64,000 bases of DNA, from assembly GCA_042408215.1 (NCBI GenBank), contig JAYFMW010000030.1:256001-320000 (forward strand), written 5' to 3'. Of the stretch, positions 52,891 to 62,766 are shown one piece after another. Below the pieces are notes generated by a model that ran no database searches, was not told where the DNA came from, and was given only the letters and a program-made list of their open reading frames with translations. This stretch comes from Microcoleus sp. GTDB lineage: Bacteria; Cyanobacteriota; Cyanobacteriia; Cyanobacteriales; Microcoleaceae. The translations under genes and the position numbers were made by a program. Every line of letters begins with the position of its first letter. The stretch's first letter is position 1.

Positions 52891-52919
52891 TTGACTTGAA
52901 CTAAAATTCAACGTACAAT
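52891..52919 (+). promoter_or_regulatory. Sigma70-like promoter of the methylase with an internal inverted repeat
   Basis: TTGACT-17 bp-TACAAT, with TTGAA-N6-TTCAA at 52896-52911. Confidence 0.6.
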
Positions 52920-52956
52920 GTATTGTTCTTTGATAGGTAGCATTAGAGGTATCTGA

Positions 52957-53829
52957 GTGAGCAATACGTCCGTAAGAGTAAAAACTAATCCGTTAGTAAG
53001 ACCTTTCTTGAAGTGGGCTGGAGGTAAAAGGCAATTATTGCCAGAAATTCTTAAGTATATTCCTAAGCATATAAATAAACATACATACTATGAGCCTTTT
53101 ATAGGTGGAGGCGCACTCTTGTTTGAGTTACAACCCCCAAAAGCTGCGATCAACGATCGCAACAAAGAACTCATTAACTGCTATGAAGTAATCCGAGACT
53201 CATTAGATGAGCTGATGCAGGAATTAAGCAAGGATAAATACAGCAATAGTGAAACGTCTTATTATAAGATGAGAGACTTAGATCGTTGTTCAAAAAAATA
53301 TGCAAAATTGTCTGAAGTGCAACAAGCAGCACGCATCATTTATCTAAATAAAACCTGCTATAATGGTTTGTTTAGGGTTAATTCTAAAGGTCAGTTTAAT
53401 GTTCCATTTGGCAGATATAAAAATCCAAATTTTTTAGATGACGCTGTTTTAAGCTCTGTAAACAAATACTTAAATAGCAATGATATCGCACTGTCCAACA
53501 AGGATTTTCAAGAAGCTGTTGAAGATGCCAAACAAGGAGATTTTGTTTATTTAGATCCTCCTTACGATCCTGTTTCGGAAACAGCTTCTTTTACTGGATA
53601 TGATGTGAATGGCTTTAATAGAAACGAACAATCACGACTCAAAAAAGTTTTTGACGATCTAACTCAAAGAGGTTGTAAGGTGATGATGAGTAATTCTTGT
53701 ACGGATTTTATTCTGGATTTGTACCAGGATTATCAGGTCAAAAAAGTTAGAGCTACGAGAAGTATCAACTCAAATGCCTTGAAAAGAGGTATGGTTAATG
53801 AAGTATTAGTTTTAAATTATGAAGTTTAG
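52957..53829 (+). CDS. DNA adenine methylase (Dam/D12 class)
   Basis: LKWAGGK, YEPFIGGG, YNGLFRVN..G.FNVPFG and YLDPPY motifs. Confidence 0.95.
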   Translation: MSNTSVRVKTNPLVRPFLKWAGGKRQLLPEILKYIPKHINKHTYYEPFIGGGALLFELQPPKAAINDRNKELINCYEVIRDSLDELMQELSKDKYSNSETSYYKMRDLDRCSKKYAKLSEVQQAARIIYLNKTCYNGLFRVNSKGQFNVPFGRYKNPNFLDDAVLSSVNKYLNSNDIALSNKDFQEAVEDAKQGDFVYLDPPYDPVSETASFTGYDVNGFNRNEQSRLKKVFDDLTQRGCKVMMSNSCTDFILDLYQDYQVKKVRATRSINSNALKRGMVNEVLVLNYEV

Positions 53830-53871
53830 GATAAATAAATCAGTCCAGAACGCAAGTGTCACAACTGGTAA

Positions 53872-54233
53872 GGTGCGTCAGCTCCCAAACCCTCGATCAT
53901 CCGTTCATAATCAAAGTCTGACGCACCCTACAAGTTGATTGGACTGTGCCAGTTGCCTCTCGGTGCGTCAGCTCCCAAACCCTCGATCATCCGTTCATAA
54001 TCAAAGTCTGACGCACCCTACAAGTTGATTGGACTGTGCCAGTTGCCTCTCGGTGCGTCAGCTCCCAAACCCTCGATCATCCGTTCATAATCAAAGTCTG
54101 ACGCACCCTACAAGTTGATTGGACTGTGCCAGTTGCCTCTCGGTGCGTCAGCTCCCAAACCCTCGATCATCCGTTCATAATCAAAGTCTGACGCACCCTA
54201 CAAGTTGATTGGACTGTGCCAGTTGCCTCTCGG
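53872..54233. repeat. Four identical tandem 90-bp units, each with a GGTGCGTCAG/CTGACGCACC hairpin and one GATC
   Basis: Units start at 53872, 53962, 54052 and 54142. No variable spacers. Confidence 0.97.
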
Positions 54234-54242
54234 ACTATAAAT

Positions 54243-55532
54243 ATGAGTAAAAACAAGAAAACAGCAAACGATCGAGCTTGGGAAACACTGTTTGAAAGGC
54301 ATAAGATATTAGAAGAGGTAGAAAAAAATGGTTTTTTTGAAATAGAATCGGCTCAAATTAATCAGGAAAGAGAAAGCAGGCTGATGGCCAAGTTCGATCA
54401 CTCTGTTAATTTGCCAGATATATTTCGAGACAATCATTTATCAATCTTGCCAATTTCTCGCTCTAAATATGCGATCGGGAAGTTTGCTACACACTTGAAA
54501 GTTGGATACGATCGTGAAATAGAAGTAATACCTGTTGAATTTCCAGCAGAGATAGAGAGTATAGATTACACAAATTTATATTCTGAAAGTTCGGCATTGC
54601 ACTGTGCATTTAATATCGGTATTATAGATGATTTAGTCGGTGAAAAAACAGCTTATACTGTTTCTGGGAGAATGTCTACAGAGTCTTTTGATTTTAACAT
54701 AAATCACCCCGCCAACAAACCATATTCAATCAAGGTGAAAAATTCTCAGTGTGAGATAGATGCAGGATTTGAAAGTGACAAATATTTTGTTTTGATCGAA
54801 GCTAAGAACTATGCCATAGACGATTTTTTGATTAGACAACTTTACTATCCCTACAGATTGTGGTCAAAAAAAATCACGAAAAAAGTGATTCCAGTATTGA
54901 TGACATACTCTAACGATGTTTTTAGTTTTTTTATTTATGAATTTAGCAACGATCGAGATTATAACTCTCTGAGACTGAGAGAACAAAAGAATTATACGAT
55001 CGCTCCCGAACAAATACTACGCAATGATGTTGCTCATGTGTTCAATAATATTGAAGTAATTGCAGAGCCTGATGTTCCCTTGCCACAAGCTGATAAATTT
55101 GAGAGAGTAGTAGATTTACTATCATTGTTATTAGAAAAAGATTTAACTCAGGATGATATTACAGAAAATTATGAGTTTAATGTCAGGCAGACGCAATATT
55201 ACACGGCTGCTGGTCGATATATTGGACTGATCGATAAATATCAAAACCCCGTAACTCGTAAAGTGACTTTTGGTTTAACGAATGAAGGTAGGTCAATATT
55301 AGGTATGAGGCACAAGCTAAAATATCTAGCTTTAATTAAAAAGATTCTCGAACATGAAGTTTTTCATCAAGTATTTGAGTTAACGTTCGACGGGGGAGAA
55401 ATTCCGTCAAAAGATGCAATTTGTCAAGTAATATCAAAATATCACTTACAAATCCAGGATACAACTATAGAAAGGCGTTACTGTACTGTCCGAAGCTGGG
55501 TCAGTTGGATTTTGTCACAGTTCAAAGATTAA
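54243..55532 (+). CDS. Putative type II restriction endonuclease (PD-(D/E)XK core, helical C-terminal domain)
   Basis: QCEIDAGFE...LIEAKN and DFLIRQLYYPYR motifs, downstream of the methylase. Confidence 0.75.
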   Translation: MSKNKKTANDRAWETLFERHKILEEVEKNGFFEIESAQINQERESRLMAKFDHSVNLPDIFRDNHLSILPISRSKYAIGKFATHLKVGYDREIEVIPVEFPAEIESIDYTNLYSESSALHCAFNIGIIDDLVGEKTAYTVSGRMSTESFDFNINHPANKPYSIKVKNSQCEIDAGFESDKYFVLIEAKNYAIDDFLIRQLYYPYRLWSKKITKKVIPVLMTYSNDVFSFFIYEFSNDRDYNSLRLREQKNYTIAPEQILRNDVAHVFNNIEVIAEPDVPLPQADKFERVVDLLSLLLEKDLTQDDITENYEFNVRQTQYYTAAGRYIGLIDKYQNPVTRKVTFGLTNEGRSILGMRHKLKYLALIKKILEHEVFHQVFELTFDGGEIPSKDAICQVISKYHLQIQDTTIERRYCTVRSWVSWILSQFKD

Positions 55533-55741
55533 AAGTAGTAGAAATTACGCACAGACTCTACTTGTAGGGTGCTGATAGTTGCACCTTACTACATAGATAT
55601 GGGTTGAGAAGCCATTCCGAGCCAACTGCCAGATCGCCTCTAACCGACTAATTTAGCTCCGACTTTTGCTAAACTTGTCGAACTCGCTCATAAGTGTTAC
55701 CAGTTAAAGATGAAACTGTGACATCTTCACCCACCAAGCCC

Positions 55742-55945
55742 ATGCAAGATTTTATTAATAACGTCTCTCGTTACCCCCGGTTTTTCATTACAATCTGTCT
55801 CGGAATCTTCTTTTTCCTGTTCGAGCGACTCAAACCTCTGCTCGCTCGACCCGCCACTGCGATCGCCCTTGTGAGTTCGATCGTAGCCACCTTCGTCTTT
55901 CTAACTTTTACACTGCGGGCTATGTTAGGTTTGAGCCCGGTTTAA
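55742..55945 (+). CDS. DUF751 family small membrane protein
   Basis: NVSRYPRFFI...TLRAMLG motif. Confidence 0.85.
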   Translation: MQDFINNVSRYPRFFITICLGIFFFLFERLKPLLARPATAIALVSSIVATFVFLTFTLRAMLGLSPV

Positions 55946-56334
55946 GGGGAAGCTGAACAGGAAAAAAGGCAGACAAGTCAGATTACCAAGACAAGAGAGA
56001 AGCCAGCCTCTGGTCGATCGCGGGAGAGGGGAATTGACGAATTTTGATTTTTGAGTTAAAACACCAACTCCCGAATTAACAGCCAATTCCTTGGCGATCG
56101 CACACTTACCAATAGTCACTGCGATAGATTGGAAGAGGAGATCTAGATTAAGAAAGGATGGCTAGTCCTGAAGTGAGGCCCCTTTCGTAGAAGGGGCCGT
56201 TCCCCTACCTTGAAACAGGAATTAGACACCCATCTATTTAGGGCTCTGCTTTAAATAGGTTTGGATAGGAAGTTAGTCAGCTAGTTACGTCAGTGACCAT
56301 CAAACAGGCTCTGGCGAAGATCGCATCGTGCAGG

Positions 56335-56475
56335 ATAGGCGTTTCCGGCTATCAACAGGAACGGGGAAATACTGCACTTCTGTTTCCCCACTTTCCCACT
56401 TAATTCTTAGGAAGCGGCACACCCCGCCCCGCTTTCCTCTCCCGTTAACCTGACGGTATCACGAGAGTTTCCAGC
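56335..56475 (+). ncRNA. Structured leader, candidate divergent c-di-AMP (ydaO-like) riboswitch
   Basis: ATCAACAGGAACGGGGAAA, CTTAGGAAG and CCCGTTAACCTGACGG segments with several stems. Only a partial match to the remembered consensus. Confidence 0.4.
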
Positions 56476-56487
56476 GGAAAAAAACAG

Positions 56488-56865
56488 ATGAAATTTGAAC
56501 ATATCTATCAATTCTTTCAAGACCCCCCTCCTGTTTATCTAAACAAGGAACTAGCAGTCTGTTACATTCTCTCCGTCTTGTTGCGCGGAGATTCCTACGG
56601 AACAGAACTGATCGGACAACTAGAGAGGGAATTCCCCATCTACCGACTTTCTGACACAGTGCTCTACAGCGCTCTCAAATTCCTCGAAGATGAAGCGGTC
56701 ATCACGGGTTACTGGAAAAAAGTAGAAGGACGTGGCCGCCCCCGCCGGATGTATCAAATCTTCCCCGATTGGCGACATCAAGCTCAAGACCTCGCTCGTC
56801 TCTGGCATGATTACATCGGTCAGGGAAGTGGCCTTTCTGGGCGTCGCCACCGCAGTATGTCATAA
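56488..56865 (+). CDS. pex: PadR family regulator, circadian period extender Pex
   Basis: ELAVCYIL, SYGTELI, YRLSDTVLYSALKFLE and GRGRPRRMY motifs. Confidence 0.85.
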   Translation: MKFEHIYQFFQDPPPVYLNKELAVCYILSVLLRGDSYGTELIGQLEREFPIYRLSDTVLYSALKFLEDEAVITGYWKKVEGRGRPRRMYQIFPDWRHQAQDLARLWHDYIGQGSGLSGRRHRSMS

Positions 56866-57143
56866 GTCGAAGGAAGAAGGAAGAAGGAAGAAGGAAGAAG
56901 GTAAACGCCAAAAAGGGCACGGCAGTGCCGATGCCCCTACATCCTACGCTCTGTTACCGGGGAGCGGAGATGTTATCAAAGAGCGCTTTCTGCGATTTTT
57001 TGCCAGTATGCGATCGAAGAGGTGTCTGCGTAAATTCTCAAAACTTTTCTGCTACATAAGGATGAGCTGTCCCGCATCTAAATTGAACCTGTTATCGAAG
57101 AGTTGGGGCGAGGCTCTGAGTGCCCACCCCACAAGAATTTCAT

Positions 57144-57526
57144 CACAATTTTGGGTTTGAAACCCCGTGCTTGTAGCACGGCTTTACGTTTTGTGCTAGA
57201 ATACACATGGTCACTGACCAACCCGCGACGATGGAGACATAAAGCTTAACACCAAAGTTTGCTATCAACTTAGCAACGGCGAAGAAAAATCGGTAGACCG
57301 GGAAAAGAGGAGAGGGCAATGGGCAGTCCACCCCTTGAATCAAACTAAAACAGAGAATTCCTTTTTGGTATTCGATACATAAGAACCGCGCTCGCTAGCG
57401 GGAATAGTCTGTGGAGCGAACATAAGACCATAAAACTCCTTGTGGGTGGAGGCAGTTGCTAGGTCGCAGAAACTCAAATCGTGAGGTTTGGGAATCCCCG
57501 ACCGTTCACGGCGGGGAGGATGTCAA
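57144..57526 (+). mobile_element. Non-autonomous IS200/IS605 derivative with an omegaRNA-like 3' region and no tnpA/tnpB
   Basis: Left end resembles that of the 61035-62351 element. Right end GAATCCCCGACCGTTCACGGCGGGGAGGATGTCAA. Confidence 0.85.
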
Positions 57527-57844
57527 CAAACTTGACTGTCCTTCGGCTCCGCGGTTCCTGAGCGTATTCGAAGGGCAGGAATGGTTCGACTACGCACGCG
57601 CCTACCGCCGCGTAGTCGAAGGGCAGGAACCGAAGTGATGTCAAAGAGAGTTGTCGAAGAGTTAGATGTGCTTCAGCTTACCCTTAGCTGTTTGTCAAAG
57701 AGAGTGCTACCCGCGCGCGATCGCGGGTTGTTGTCGAAGAGGTGAATAGGTTTTCATAGACCCTCAACGATGATCCTTGGGCCTTTTTGTGTAAATTTAT
57801 GTAAACTCAAAGTAGAGAATTCCAATTACACAAATTTATACCTG

Positions 57845-58378
57845 ATGAATACTGCTGTTCTTCCATCAACCTTTGTGCTGACGCTGCTGTTGGCTGTAGG
57901 CTTGTTTTTCTTCATCAAGGCTTCTGTCAAAGACCGAACCGAACAAGTCAAACTCTCTTCCGACAGTGCCCAAGAGTCACTGTTAACCCAGCTACAACAG
58001 TATTTTTCCGATCGAGCTTACCGAGTTGCAGCCGTCGATGCTCCTAACTACCAAGTCACTTTTGAAGGCTTTGTGCGGCCGAGTTGGTTTTTAGCTATTT
58101 TTTTAACCATGCTGAGTGCTGGCGGTACTCTGTGCCTGGGACTGGTTTTGGCAATGCTAGTTCCCCAGAATGGTCAATTTTTTCTCGCTTTGGTACTGCT
58201 GTCCCCGCTGGCGGGAATATTTTACTGGAAAAAAGCTGGACGCTCCGAGCAAGTCTCTCTCAAACTCGAATCAGTTGCTGAGTCGGGAAGCCAAACCAAG
58301 AGTTTAATTACTGTCAGAGCTCATCGCGACGAACTAGCAGCGATGCAAAAGGCTTTGGATTTGAAACCCGTAAGGTGA
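57845..58378 (+). CDS. ccb1: Cofactor assembly of complex C subunit B (CCB1/DUF3529)
   Basis: GLFFFIKASVKDRTE, FEGFVRPS, FYWKKAGR and AHRDEL motifs. Confidence 0.85.
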   Translation: MNTAVLPSTFVLTLLLAVGLFFFIKASVKDRTEQVKLSSDSAQESLLTQLQQYFSDRAYRVAAVDAPNYQVTFEGFVRPSWFLAIFLTMLSAGGTLCLGLVLAMLVPQNGQFFLALVLLSPLAGIFYWKKAGRSEQVSLKLESVAESGSQTKSLITVRAHRDELAAMQKALDLKPVR

Positions 58379-58379
58379 A

Positions 58380-59591
58380 CTACCCACCGTCAACGGTCGT
58401 ACCAGTATGACGGGGGCTTCCAATTTCAACCGGAACAGCATCCAGGAAGACCGAAATCTTCCCAGGTTGACTTACATTCCGTCCATTGGCAGCAGCACTA
58501 GTTCCTAATGCCAGAAACCGCAAGGCTTCATCCCTAATGTTTTTCGCCGCATTGATGTCTCTATCGTTACTGCTATGACACTTAGGGCAATCCCAATGAC
58601 GCAGGTTCAAAGGCATTTCTGATACTTTGTGGAAGCAATTATTACAAGTCTTAGAGCTCGGGAAAAAGCGATCTATTTCGATGTAGATCTTGCCTAATTT
58701 CTCAGCCTTATACTTGAGCATTGTCCCAAACATTCCCCATGCAGCATCGCTAATTGCTTTGGCTAAACAGTGATTGCGTACCATACCTTTGACCTTGAGA
58801 TTTTCTACTGCAATAAATTGGTTTTCGTCTACTATCTTGCGGGATAGTTTGTGCAGAAAATCGACCCGGACCCTCTTGATTCTTGAATGAACTCTGGCTA
58901 CTAATCTTTTAGCCTTGTATCTGGTGTTACTCCCTTTTTGTTTTCGACTTAGTTTTTGCTGCTTGCGCTTTAGATTCCGGCTGTGTTTCTTGAGATGCTT
59001 AGGGTTGACATACTTACTGCCATCACTGGTAACGCAAAAATCAATCAAGCCTACATCCAAGCCAATCGCCTTACCATCCTCTCTAGTTTCTGGTGCATCT
59101 TGTCCATCATCAACCAAGATCGAAGCGTAGTATTTACCATCAGTATTTTTGGTTAGGGTAACGGTTTTGACCGTGCCATCTAACGGTCGATGAATCCGGC
59201 AATGCACCTCACCAATAATTGGCAACTTGATGAAGCTATCACCTACTTTAACGTTCTGAGGATAACTAATAGACTGTCTACCATGCTTCGATTTGAAGCT
59301 AGGAAAACCACCTCGTTTATCAAAGAAGTTTTTGTAAGCAGTAGATAAGTTCAGCGCAACTACTTGGAGTGATTGAGAATAAGCATTGGTTAACCAAGGG
59401 TATTCCTTTTTGAGAGCAGGGAGTAATCCTTGAATCGCACTTCTGCCTAGTCCTTTACCAGTATCTTTGTAGGTTTGCTGGCACAGATTCAAGCTGTAAT
59501 TCCAGAACCAACGACAACAACCGAAAGCACCCGCAAAATACGTCTGCTGTTCGGTTGTTGGGTAGATTCGGAATTTGTAGGCTTGATACAT
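58380..59591 (-). CDS. tnpB: RNA-guided endonuclease TnpB, catalytic triad intact
   Basis: AYKFRIYP, GLDVG, AVENL, SSKTC zinc finger and DRDINAA. Right end GGGTAGTTCAC at 58375. Confidence 0.95.
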   Translation of the reverse strand: MYQAYKFRIYPTTEQQTYFAGAFGCCRWFWNYSLNLCQQTYKDTGKGLGRSAIQGLLPALKKEYPWLTNAYSQSLQVVALNLSTAYKNFFDKRGGFPSFKSKHGRQSISYPQNVKVGDSFIKLPIIGEVHCRIHRPLDGTVKTVTLTKNTDGKYYASILVDDGQDAPETREDGKAIGLDVGLIDFCVTSDGSKYVNPKHLKKHSRNLKRKQQKLSRKQKGSNTRYKAKRLVARVHSRIKRVRVDFLHKLSRKIVDENQFIAVENLKVKGMVRNHCLAKAISDAAWGMFGTMLKYKAEKLGKIYIEIDRFFPSSKTCNNCFHKVSEMPLNLRHWDCPKCHSSNDRDINAAKNIRDEALRFLALGTSAAANGRNVSQPGKISVFLDAVPVEIGSPRHTGTTVDGG

Positions 59592-60069
59592 TATCAGTTA
59601 TCGACATCTCTGCTAATATTGTACCAAGGATGCTGGGAAAATACAAGGAATTTGCGATGCCCTTCCTCGTAGTCGAAGGGTTCGTTTCCTCATACACCGC
59701 CCATGATTGTCGCTCTCGACGAAAAGTCGATTTGGTCGGCGGTGCAATCGTCTTCTCACGAGCCGCCCGTCCCGCCGAAGACAGTGAGTACACCTATAGC
59801 GGGGGAATTCCCGTCTGTCCAGTTAAAAGTTTAGCGCCGAACATTTTCCGATCAGCTTTATGCCCTAACTTAGACTTTAAACAGAGAAGCCGATCGATGC
59901 TCGTTTTCCAATACAAGTACACAACTTGGTGAAGTATTCGTGGCTTCTACTTGATTTTCTTGTATTTTGGCTTTAATGGGCGAATCAGGGAGAAAATTTT
60001 CGCTTTTTCTCTTCTTGATGCTCCTCTAAAAGAGAATTTGAGAGAAAAAGATTACTTTTTTTTGCTTGA

Positions 60070-60897
60070 TTATCTGGAAACTATTTTATTAACTAACCGA
60101 TCAATTAAGCCTGTATTGTAATAGGAACTACAGATTTGAGCAATTTTATTTTCTGGATAATTACAGTTCCGAAAACTGATAATATTACCATAGACTGCAT
60201 CAGGAGGAAAAAGGGCATCTATATCTAAATCTATGGCTTGTAAATCAAAGAGTTTTTCTTGAGTCTTGGGGGCATAATCTATCATTATACTAGAACTATA
60301 ACCACATTTTCTTAAGATCTTTAATGATTCTTTAGTACCATCAAAAAACTGAGGAGCCCAACCTTTATCACCTTTGCGTCTGTTGACTCCTCCTCCATAT
60401 TCAAACATGATGATTGAGGGAAGTAAAGATTCTGATAATTCTGGTAATTGTTTAATTACTGAATATTCCCAACCTTCAATATCTAATTTTAAACAGGTGA
60501 CTTTTTCGGCTTTAATTCTGTTCAGCAATTCAGCTAAAGTTAGGGCTTGAACTTCTTTAGACTCGGTAGAAGAACCAAACCATTCCGGTGATAATGAATT
60601 AAAATTTTGATTAAATATACCTGCAAATTTACCTAAATATAATGTTTGCTTGCCATTCCGATCTGACAGGCAACTTTCCATTAAATTAATGTTGTTATTT
60701 TGGCAAATTTGACGTAACTTTTTGACTGGTAAAGGTTCAACTGCAATAGTATAAAAACCTAATTTGGCAAAAATTTCACAATAAAAAGCAAATGTTCCTA
60801 CTCCTACATCAAGACAAACACCTTTTTGACTAGGATCGACTATTGGGAGAATTTCGGCTAATAATGACTGACAACAGGGTTCAACACGCATATTCAA
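60070..60897 (-). CDS. FkbM family methyltransferase
   Basis: CLDVGVG, AVEP and LKLDIEGWE motifs. AT-rich. Confidence 0.88.
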   Translation of the reverse strand: MNMRVEPCCQSLLAEILPIVDPSQKGVCLDVGVGTFAFYCEIFAKLGFYTIAVEPLPVKKLRQICQNNNINLMESCLSDRNGKQTLYLGKFAGIFNQNFNSLSPEWFGSSTESKEVQALTLAELLNRIKAEKVTCLKLDIEGWEYSVIKQLPELSESLLPSIIMFEYGGGVNRRKGDKGWAPQFFDGTKESLKILRKCGYSSSIMIDYAPKTQEKLFDLQAIDLDIDALFPPDAVYGNIISFRNCNYPENKIAQICSSYYNTGLIDRLVNKIVSR

Positions 60898-61034
60898 GAT
60901 CAGGGGGATTTGGTTAATTAAATTATACTATACAAGGATAATTGAGAGAGGAAATTGTCTGAAGTTTTTCTACCTACGACATTCAAATAACGCACATGAC
61001 CATTTTTGGCTGGCATTTGATCTAAGTTTCCTAC

Positions 61035-62351
61035 TTGACATACTCACCGCCCTAAAAGTGCGGTGATTCTTGACGCTTCTTTGAGGTCTGCTACCGAAAT
61101 AGTCTTACGTCCCCTCTGCGTCCATTTATAGTCGTGGCAATGCCCTATCCCGACTTTGTTTATATTTTTGGCTGCGTTTTCATCTCTATCGTGAGTTGTA
61201 CCGCAGTTTAAACAGGTAATAGTTCTGACTTTGAGGTCTAATTTACCCCATCGATAGTCACATTTAGAACAGACTTGGCTGGTTGGTTCCCATCGACTAA
61301 TTACCCTAAACTCCCGACTAAATTTGTCGCATTTAGCTTGACAAAGGACTCTAAATTCTCTCCATCCCTGCCTGCTAATCGCTCTGGCTAAGCGCCGATT
61401 CTTAACCATGCCCGACACATTGAGGTCTTCCAAAACAAGAACTTGGTTTTCCTTGACTATTTTGGTTGATAGTTTGTGCAAAAAGTCTTTGCGGGTATCG
61501 GCAATTTGATTGTGCAACTTCGCAATTTGAATGCGGGTCTTATAACGGCGTTTTGAGTCTTTTTGTTGCCGAGCTAACCTGTGCTGCAACTTCCTGATTT
61601 TACGCTCTGATTTTGAGTATTCTGGACTTTTAAGCTGGGTTCCGTCGCTGAAAGTAGCGAAGGTTTTTATACCCAAATCAATGCCCATTGAAGGATTGAT
61701 GGGCTCTGAATATTGAGGTTCGACATCTACTACAAAACTTAGAAAATATCGATTTGCACAGTCCTTAATTACCGTTACCGAGCTAGGTTCTGAGGGCAAT
61801 TCCCTAGACCTAATAGGACTGACCACCCCTATTTTTGCCAAGTAAACTTGAGTTCCTTTAAGGGAAAACCCAGACTTAGCAAACTCGGCAGATTGACTGT
61901 TGGTCTTCTTCTTAAACTTAGGCGCTCCAACTTTCCCCCCTTTTCTCTTGCCCTTATGGGAATCAAAAAAGTTCTTGTAAGCCTTGGCTAGATGCCTCAA
62001 AGACTGCTGCAAAGGAACAGACGAAACATCGTTTAACCAAACTCTTTTTTCGGTCTTTTTGGTACTGGTTAATAGTGCAGATAGTTGGTTGTAGTTTGGC
62101 AGTTTGTCAGCAGATTTGCACAAAGCTAAGGCATCATTCCAGACCACTCTCACACAACCAAACAACTGAGCTAAGCTCAATCGCTGTTGGTCTGTGGGGT
62201 AGAATCTGTACTGATATCTTGCTTTCATCGGAAAATCTGTAAGCCTCGTTTTTATTGTACAATATATTACACTGATCTGCCACAAATATCTGGGAAAAAT
62301 ACAATACTAAAAGCCGTCCTAGAAGGACGGGGTTTTAGACCCAATTTTCTG
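61035..62351 (-). mobile_element. tnpB-only IS200/IS605 element (IS1341-type)
   Basis: TTAT then CAGAAAATTGGGTCTAAAACCCCGTCCTTCTAGGACGG left end. Right end ...GGGCGGTGAGTATGTCAA. Confidence 0.88.
61044..62228 (-). CDS. tnpB: RNA-guided endonuclease TnpB, catalytic triad intact
   Basis: RYQYRFYP, GIDLG, VLEDL, TSQVC zinc finger and DRDENAA motifs. Confidence 0.95.
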   Translation of the reverse strand: MKARYQYRFYPTDQQRLSLAQLFGCVRVVWNDALALCKSADKLPNYNQLSALLTSTKKTEKRVWLNDVSSVPLQQSLRHLAKAYKNFFDSHKGKRKGGKVGAPKFKKKTNSQSAEFAKSGFSLKGTQVYLAKIGVVSPIRSRELPSEPSSVTVIKDCANRYFLSFVVDVEPQYSEPINPSMGIDLGIKTFATFSDGTQLKSPEYSKSERKIRKLQHRLARQQKDSKRRYKTRIQIAKLHNQIADTRKDFLHKLSTKIVKENQVLVLEDLNVSGMVKNRRLARAISRQGWREFRVLCQAKCDKFSREFRVISRWEPTSQVCSKCDYRWGKLDLKVRTITCLNCGTTHDRDENAAKNINKVGIGHCHDYKWTQRGRKTISVADLKEASRITALLGR

Positions 62352-62766
62352 ATAATTATAACCTAAATCCTCAAGGAATAAAACAATATCTCTCAATGTT
62401 GCCTGTTCATAAAGTTGATCTATGGATATTTCAATTATACAAGCTGAGGCTTTTTTTAAGGTTTCTAGTCCTCCTTTAATTACTCTATCCTCAGCTCCGG
62501 GCTTTCGGGTCTAAGTTGGCTGCTCGCGAGCAGCCACAAAAAATCGAAAAAAAGTCACTATCCTGAGAGTGCCCACTGTGACGATCGCCCCAAGGACGAT
62601 CATTCTTGCTGCGATCGCTCCTTACACGCTTTTTTTCTAAGCACTTTTCGCTCTGATTTGCAGGTGGCACCCTCGAGACAATGAACATTTCCGCGCTTTG
62701 AAAGGAAAAGTTACAGAAACATTGCTGTCAATGTTTTGAGAACGGCCTCTTCGATAAACAACTCAG

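Noticed and set aside
53872..54233. CRISPR or other spacer-bearing array
   Set aside because: The four units are identical with no variable spacers, and no cas-like gene is nearby.
58359..58374. Guide similarity to the left end of the 57144 element (TTTGAAACCC)
   Set aside because: Only about 10 nt match and the mismatches fall in the seed-proximal part, so chance is likely.
59555..59932. tnpA partner of the 58380 tnpB
   Set aside because: No HUH or serine-recombinase motif is recognisable.
58380..62228. Cas12 or nuclease-dead TnpB regulators (TldR-like)
   Set aside because: Both proteins are about 400 aa, keep all three RuvC acidic residues, have IS-type right ends, and have no CRISPR array.
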